Assembly: GCA_965368975.1 (NCBI GenBank)
Contig: CBDUPA010000003.1
Span: 192,001-256,000, forward strand
Direction of reading: 5' to 3'
Length of the DNA stretch: 64,000 nt
From: an uncultured bacterium
GTDB lineage: Bacteria > Acidobacteriota > Thermoanaerobaculia > Multivoradales > JAHZIX01
Shown here: positions 59,056 to 64,000 of the stretch, piece after piece
How positions within the stretch are numbered: position 1 is the first letter of the stretch
Layout: every line of letters starts with the position of its first letter
The notes under the pieces: model-generated
Seen by the model: only the letters and a program-made list of their open reading frames with translations
Database searches by the model: none
Told to the model about the DNA's origin: nothing
Program-made: the position numbers and the translations under genes

Positions 59056-60294
59056 TCAGGCGGTCTTCCGAAAGAGTACGGAGGCGTTGTTGCCGCCGAA
59101 GGCGTAGGCGTTGTTCATCGCCACCTGGACGGTCACGTCGCGGGCCTCGTTGGGTACGCAGTCGAGCGGCATACAGTCTGGATCCTCCTCCTCGAAGTTC
59201 ATCGTCGGCGGGACCCGATCTTCATATGTCGCCAGGGCACAGACCGCAGCCTCGATCGCCGACGCGGCGCCCATGGTGTGCCCGAGCATGGACTTGATCG
59301 AACTCATCGGCGTCCTGCCCGCAGCGTCTCCGAAGACACGCCGTACCGCTGCACTTTCCAGGCGGTCGTTGGTCGGTGTGCCGGTGCCGTGGGCGCTGAT
59401 GTAGTCCACTTGCTCAGGACGAAGGCCGCATTCGGCGAGTGCCTTGCTCATCGCCCGTGCCGCCCCTCGACCCTCCGGGTGCGCTCCGGTCATGTGATGC
59501 GCGTCACAGGACAGGCCGTAGCCAGCAACCTCACTGTAAATCGTGGCGTCCCGTGCTACGGCACGCTCCCAGGGCTCGAGCACCAGCATGGCGGCTCCTT
59601 CACCTGGAATCATGCCCTTACGGTTGCGGTCGAAGGGTTGAACGCGCTCGGGGGCGATGGCTCCGACGCGCCAGAAGCCGGTGTAGGTGATGCGTGAGAA
59701 CGAGTCCGCACCACCTGCCAGCATGATGTCGGCGCGGCCGCTGCGCAGCACGTCGAAGGCGTGGGCGATGGCGTAGTTGCCGGCCGCGCAGGCTGCCGGG
59801 ATCATGGTGTTGACGCCCGAGAAGCCGAACTCCGCGGCCACGTAGCCCGGCACCACGTGGCAGGGGTAGAGGTTCATGAACTCCGGTCCCAACTCGGGTA
59901 GGGCCTGCGCAGCTTGGCGGTCATTGTAGTGCTCGACCTGCAGCGGTTCGCCGGAGGTCGTGCCGAGTGCCACGCCGATACGTTCGCTGCGGACGCCGTC
60001 ACCGAGATCGAGCCCGGCATCCTCGAGCGCTTGTCGCGTCGCCGCAATCGCCATCTGGGATGTGCGACCAATGTCGGCCGGATCGAGGTTGCGGACGTGC
60101 TGCGCGGCATCGAAGTCGCTGACTTCGGCGCCGCGGTCAGCGGTAAAGTTCGTGGTATCGAAGGAACGAACTGCGTGAATGCCGGAATCTCCGGCGAGCA
60201 AACGTTGCCATACCAACTGCCGACCGCTTCCCAGAGGGGTGACGAGGCCGATGCCGGTGATAGCGACGCGAGAGCAAGCGCTGCGCGTGGCCAT
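59056..60294 (-). CDS. Beta-ketoacyl-ACP synthase II (FabF-like / type II PKS KS), intact Cys-His-His
   Basis: PAACAAG, SAHGTGT, KSMLGHTMG, NAYAFGGNNA. Confidence 0.93.
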   Translation of the reverse strand: MATRSACSRVAITGIGLVTPLGSGRQLVWQRLLAGDSGIHAVRSFDTTNFTADRGAEVSDFDAAQHVRNLDPADIGRTSQMAIAATRQALEDAGLDLGDGVRSERIGVALGTTSGEPLQVEHYNDRQAAQALPELGPEFMNLYPCHVVPGYVAAEFGFSGVNTMIPAACAAGNYAIAHAFDVLRSGRADIMLAGGADSFSRITYTGFWRVGAIAPERVQPFDRNRKGMIPGEGAAMLVLEPWERAVARDATIYSEVAGYGLSCDAHHMTGAHPEGRGAARAMSKALAECGLRPEQVDYISAHGTGTPTNDRLESAAVRRVFGDAAGRTPMSSIKSMLGHTMGAASAIEAAVCALATYEDRVPPTMNFEEEDPDCMPLDCVPNEARDVTVQVAMNNAYAFGGNNASVLFRKTA

Positions 60295-60310
60295 GAGAAG
60301 CGAACTCGTG

Positions 60311-60583
60311 CTACGCGGCTTGCGTGTCGTCGAGGTGCTGCCGGCGAAGGGTTCCTTGCACCAGGTCGACGGCTTCTTGGACGTTCTTCAAACTCTGGAG
60401 CCGCTCTTCCGGCAAGCCGAGCTTGAACTCATAGTCGACGTCGACGGCGATCTCCAGAAGGGACAGGGAGTCGAGGTCCAGTTCGTCCTGGAACGAGGCG
60501 TTGTCCCCGATCTCTTCCGCCGGGATACCGGTGACGTTGGTGATGATCTGCTTGATTCTGCCGCGAAGTTCAGAGGCTTCCAT
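60311..60583 (-). CDS. Acyl carrier protein
   Basis: Acidic 90-aa protein with LDLDSLSLLEI (phosphopantetheine Ser); GGAGG RBS. Confidence 0.93.
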   Translation of the reverse strand: MEASELRGRIKQIITNVTGIPAEEIGDNASFQDELDLDSLSLLEIAVDVDYEFKLGLPEERLQSLKNVQEAVDLVQGTLRRQHLDDTQAA

Positions 60584-60701
60584 GACTTACGTTCCTCCCT
60601 GGAGGTTCAATGGATCAGGCGCTGATTTAGAAGGCATCGAAGAACTGCGGAAATTCCCGCATTGCCAGAACAGTAAGTCCAACTGACGATATCTCAACCG
60701 A

Positions 60702-60741
60702 TTGTCGTTCGACAAGGGTCTCCAGCTGCCGTTCGACAAGG
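60702..60741. promoter_or_regulatory. Candidate operator upstream of the ACP operon: inverted repeat TTGTCG-TT-CGACAA and direct repeat CGTTCGACAAGG x2
   Basis: Inverted repeat at 60702-60715; direct repeats at 60706-60717 and 60730-60741. Confidence 0.45.
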
Positions 60742-60755
60742 AGCAGGGTCTACGC

Positions 60756-61481
60756 TCAAATGCTATCAGAAGTCGTCAGCCAGCCGCGTTCCTGCGCGAG
60801 GTGCACGGCCTCGTGGCGGTTCTCGACCTCCAGCTTGTCGAGGATGTGGTGGACGTGATTCTTCACCGTATGCACCGACAAGTGCAGTTCCTGAGCGATG
60901 CGTTTGTTGGAGGCACCGTGCGCGATCAGCTGCAGGACCTCCATCTCGCGCGCTGTCAGCGCCAGGGCCTCCGCCCTCAGCCGTTTGCGATGACGTGCTT
61001 CCAGCTGTTCAAGGTGCTTGAGCAGAGCGCGGGTGATTGCCGGCGAGCTGACGGCCTCACCGGCGGCGAGCCGGCGCACGGCGTCCGCAAGTTCCACCAG
61101 CGACGTGTCGCGCGACAGGTAGCCGCGCACACCGGCACGTACGCTCGGAAGTAGCAGCGTGTCGACATCGAACGGACCCAGCAGCAGCAAGCGCGCTCCA
61201 TCCAGCTCGCGTGCCAGGTCGCGGATCAACGACAAGTCCTCGGCGTCGGAGCGGGCCGGCGCAATCAGCACCACGTCCGGTTGCTGCTCGCGACCCAGTT
61301 CGAGAGCCTCTGCGGCGTCGCCGGTGGCACCAGCGACCTCGAGATCCTCGCCATCCAAGGCCAGGATCAGGCAGTCACGCAGCACCTTGTGCGGTGTGAC
61401 CACCAGCAGGCGGATTTTCGGTCTCAACGGTACGTCTCCCTGCAGCTTCGCTCCCACCAGCGAACCTGCTCTGCGTTCCAC
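60756..61481 (-). CDS. NarL/LuxR-family regulator with atypical receiver domain
   Basis: LTAREMEVL..G.SNK.IA..L..S..TVKNHVHHIL; receiver has VVTPH (no DD), VVLIAP (no phospho-Asp) and GYLSR (no Lys). Confidence 0.88.
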   Translation of the reverse strand: MERRAGSLVGAKLQGDVPLRPKIRLLVVTPHKVLRDCLILALDGEDLEVAGATGDAAEALELGREQQPDVVLIAPARSDAEDLSLIRDLARELDGARLLLLGPFDVDTLLLPSVRAGVRGYLSRDTSLVELADAVRRLAAGEAVSSPAITRALLKHLEQLEARHRKRLRAEALALTAREMEVLQLIAHGASNKRIAQELHLSVHTVKNHVHHILDKLEVENRHEAVHLAQERGWLTTSDSI

Positions 61482-61602
61482 GGCTGACCTCGTCCCGCCA
61501 GCGACGAGCCGTGGATTGCAGGACCGCCTGAGGATACCCGAAACGCTGTGCTTGTCAAAGCACCTGTTCCAGGGCGGTCACTGCCGGCATCGGCTTCGCG
61601 AT

Positions 61603-62367
61603 TCACCCGTCGAGTTCCTCATGGCGCTGCGTCTGCGACGATCGCGGTGCAGTCTCCTCTGCCCTTGAAGCTGGTGCCTCTGAAGCGGCTGCCTCTGAGG
61701 GGGGTGGCAGCCAACCACGGCGCTGTGCTTCGTCGACGGCTTGGGCGCGTCTGCGAGCGTTGAGTTTGTCCAGGATGTTGTGCACGTGGTTCTTGATCGT
61801 GTGGATCGACAGGCCGAGGCGCTCGGCCACGGCCTGATTGCCTAGCCCTTCCTGGATCAGCGTCAGGACATCCAGTTCGCGCGCCGTCACTCGTGGTTGC
61901 TGGTCCGAGGTGGTGGCCTGACGGTAGCGGGCTTGCAGCCGTCGGAGCAGAGCTGGCAACTCCTGTGGTGGGCAGCCTGCCTTGCCGCGCAGCGCTGGCC
62001 GCAGGATGTCGAGCAGCTCCCGGAAGCTGCATTCGCGCGACACGTAGGCGGGGGTCTTGTCCGCCAGTTCTGGCGGCACCATCAGCAACAGGCGGCAGTG
62101 ACTGGGCAGAGTACGCGCTACCTGGTTCAGTCGCAGCAGTTCCGTGGGGCGCCGTCCGTCGGTCTCTATGATCACCAGGGCTGGAGCCTCGGGCAGCAAC
62201 GGGGCAGTGTCGATGCGTAGGTCTGCCTGCACGACGGCGTGGTCTGGGAAGGCTCGCTCCAGGCGCGCGGCGAGGCCTTCACGCCAGACACCGAAATTAC
62301 TGAGCACGAGAAGTGTCGGACTGTCGAGCATGGTCTGGACCCGTTGGGAACGGCCCCTCGGTTGCAC
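61603..62367 (-). CDS. NarL/LuxR-family regulator with degenerate receiver domain (start possibly 62331)
   Basis: VTARELDVL..GLGN..VA..TIKNHVHNIL; receiver has LVIIE and appears shortened. Confidence 0.85.
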   Translation of the reverse strand: MQPRGRSQRVQTMLDSPTLLVLSNFGVWREGLAARLERAFPDHAVVQADLRIDTAPLLPEAPALVIIETDGRRPTELLRLNQVARTLPSHCRLLLMVPPELADKTPAYVSRECSFRELLDILRPALRGKAGCPPQELPALLRRLQARYRQATTSDQQPRVTARELDVLTLIQEGLGNQAVAERLGLSIHTIKNHVHNILDKLNARRRAQAVDEAQRRGWLPPPSEAAASEAPASRAEETAPRSSQTQRHEELDG

Positions 62368-62452
62368 AAGCCGTCTCAGCTGCCGAAGAAGAGGAGCCGA
62401 AGAAGAAATGGAGAGCTGCGCGGCGTCTACCGTGCTTCAGGAGGCCGCGTCT

Positions 62453-63157
62453 TCAGACTGGAGAGCGGAGCGTCGAGCGCCACGGAGACTCGCCTTCCAA
62501 GATGCCGCTTTCGTAGGCACAGCGAATGGCATCGCGCCGACGGCGAACCTGGAACTTCGTGAGGATGTTGTGCACGTGGTTCTTGATCGTGGGCACGGTG
62601 ATTTCCAGGCGAGACGCGATTTCTTTGTTGCGCAGGCCACCCGCCATGTGCTGCAGCACTTGCAGTTCGCGCCGCGTCATGGCCACTCTCGCCGGTGCGC
62701 CGGACTCTGGCTCGGCAGTGAGGAGGCAGCGTAGCCGTTGGAGGGCGGCATCGAGCACTGGTTGCCCGAGATTGGGTTGCCGGCGGTGAACTTGACGGAT
62801 GTTGCCCAGGAGCTCCGGGATGGAGGCCTGTTTCAGACTGACGCTGGCAGCACCGGCTGCCAGGAGCTGTACGACCTGCGCTACGTTGTCGGCATCCAGA
62901 CCGAAGGGCAGAATCTCGGCGGCGGAGCCGACGGTGCGCAACTGCCGGGTGATGTCCAAAGCACGGCGCGTCCCGAGTCCGGTGTCGAGCAGGACCACAT
63001 CCGCCTGGCTGCGTTGCAGACGCTGCTGCGCCTCGCCATCGAAATCCTGACTCTCGCCGGCTAGCTGCAACTCGGCCTGGTCCTCGAGACAGTCACCCAG
63101 GACTTCTCGCATCAGGCGGTGGCGGCAGATCAGGAAGACGCGAATGGGGTCGTTCAT
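62453..63157 (-). CDS. NarL/LuxR-family regulator
   Basis: MTRRELQVL..G..NKEIA..TIKNHVHNIL; VVLLD and Lys retained, but the acidic pair is replaced (LICRH). Confidence 0.88.
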   Translation of the reverse strand: MNDPIRVFLICRHRLMREVLGDCLEDQAELQLAGESQDFDGEAQQRLQRSQADVVLLDTGLGTRRALDITRQLRTVGSAAEILPFGLDADNVAQVVQLLAAGAASVSLKQASIPELLGNIRQVHRRQPNLGQPVLDAALQRLRCLLTAEPESGAPARVAMTRRELQVLQHMAGGLRNKEIASRLEITVPTIKNHVHNILTKFQVRRRRDAIRCAYESGILEGESPWRSTLRSPV

Positions 63158-63637
63158 GGCCAAGAAGGGGGTCCGACTGCACAAAGTTTTGCGCTACACG
63201 ACCCTTTGTCGATACTCATCAGATGTAAGATTCAATCGTTCGTGGGATTTCGAACGCTCCTGTGTTGCGATCATCGGTAACCCTACGTTTCAGGTCGAGC
63301 CGCGGCAATGAGTCGCAGGTCCTAAAAAGGATGCTGGCTCCTTAATGGTCGATCATAGATCTATGAATCAGTTCCCATTGTTGTATCCGACAGAGTAAAA
63401 AAGAACGATCGAGGAACGCTTGGGCGGTCGCGTCACGGCCTGTGGAAGAGAAATCGCCTGGGAGAGGTGGCTAAGTGGCACCGTGGGCGAAGCCGCAGGG
63501 GTTCAGGGTCGGTTGGCGGTGATGACAGGAATGCCTGTGCGAGCCGGACGGGGAGTTGCTGAAACAGCCCCCGAGAGCCAGGTCGTGCGCGCTGCTGCGG
63601 CTGCAGGAGAAAGCGGCCCGGCTCGTCCCGCAGGTGG

Positions 63638-63666
63638 TTGACCTTGAGCACATGCCGTCATAGCAT
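63638..63666 (+). promoter_or_regulatory. Sigma70-like promoter TTGACC-N17-TAGCAT, likely giving a leaderless mRNA
   Basis: The -10 box ends 6 nt before ATG 63673 and no SD sequence is present. Confidence 0.55.
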
Positions 63667-63672
63667 AGGCGC

Positions 63673-64000
63673 ATGGACGTGCCCCAGCCCCTGCAGCAAG
63701 CTCAACTGGTGGGTCGGAAGTTGCGTCAGCTGCGGAAGGAGCGCAAGCTTACTCAGAGTCAGCTGGCCAAGCGCATTGGTATCCAGCAGTCGGATCTGTC
63801 GCGCATGGAGCAAGGGCGCTATCGAGTGAGTTTGGACACGCTTTTCCGCATCCTGGCGGAATTCGATATTAGCCTCGCCGAGTTCTTCGACGAGGGACAG
63901 GCGGAGTCCTTCACGCCGCGGGATGTGCTGCTGATCCGGCAGTTTCGCGGTCTGCCGGAAGATGCCAAGGCGGAAGTCGAATCGTTCATCGGCTTCAAGC
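63673..64000 (+). CDS. XRE-family helix-turn-helix regulator (3' end outside the window)
   Basis: Hand translation: MDVPQ...VGRKLRQLRKERKLTQSQLAKRIGIQQSDLSRMEQGRYRVSLDTLFRILAEF; absent from the ORF track because it has no stop in the window. Confidence 0.9.
   Translation, partial: MDVPQPLQQAQLVGRKLRQLRKERKLTQSQLAKRIGIQQSDLSRMEQGRYRVSLDTLFRILAEFDISLAEFFDEGQAESFTPRDVLLIRQFRGLPEDAKAEVESFIGFK

Noticed and set aside
57656-60583. Polyketide beta-branching cassette (ACP plus Cys-to-Ser KS)
   Set aside because: The Ser-type KS also lacks both His needed for decarboxylation, and no HMG-synthase or enoyl-CoA hydratase genes are present.
59056-60583. Housekeeping acpP-fabF
   Set aside because: No fabD, fabG, fabH or plsX context, and the pair is coupled to a CLF-like gene and tailoring enzymes.
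63420-63600. c-di-GMP-I riboswitch
   Set aside because: Only a vague resemblance (GGGCGAAGCC..., GTTGCTGAA). The conserved GGCAAA/GCAAAGC core and P2 tetraloop arrangement could not be matched.

Overview
GC-rich bacterial chromosomal window. The rpsA-ihfB-lpxB-msbA-yicC-gmk-rpoZ-coaBC-UDG gene order and the large repeat-rich secreted proteins suggest an Acidobacteriota/Thermoanaerobaculia-like diderm (inference). Left to right: two tandem paralogous secreted Cys-rich repeat proteins (the first runs off the left edge and is missing from the ORF track); a beta-propeller amidohydrolase; a TlpA-DUF3014 operon divergent from a SigK-like ECF sigma/anti-sigma pair; a BlaI/M56 pair with a clear promoter and operator; divergent egtB and PLP C-S lyase genes; a long housekeeping block; a bacterial C4orf33-like gene; a CNNM gene; a sensor kinase with a degenerate ATPase domain; GGDEF, ppk1, sixA and purA; and a small AT-richer islet. 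The most striking element is a tightly coupled minus-strand six-gene operon (53000-60583). It encodes ACP, an active ketosynthase, a chain-length-factor-like ketosynthase, an HMG-CoA-reductase homologue with an apparently altered substrate pocket, a flavin-dependent halogenase and a four-His carotenoid-oxygenase-family enzyme. Three atypical NarL/LuxR regulators with near-identical recognition helices lie upstream. I do not recognise this combination as a characterised pathway. No rRNA, tRNA, CRISPR array or transposase was seen. All family assignments come from reading motifs by eye, not from database searches.
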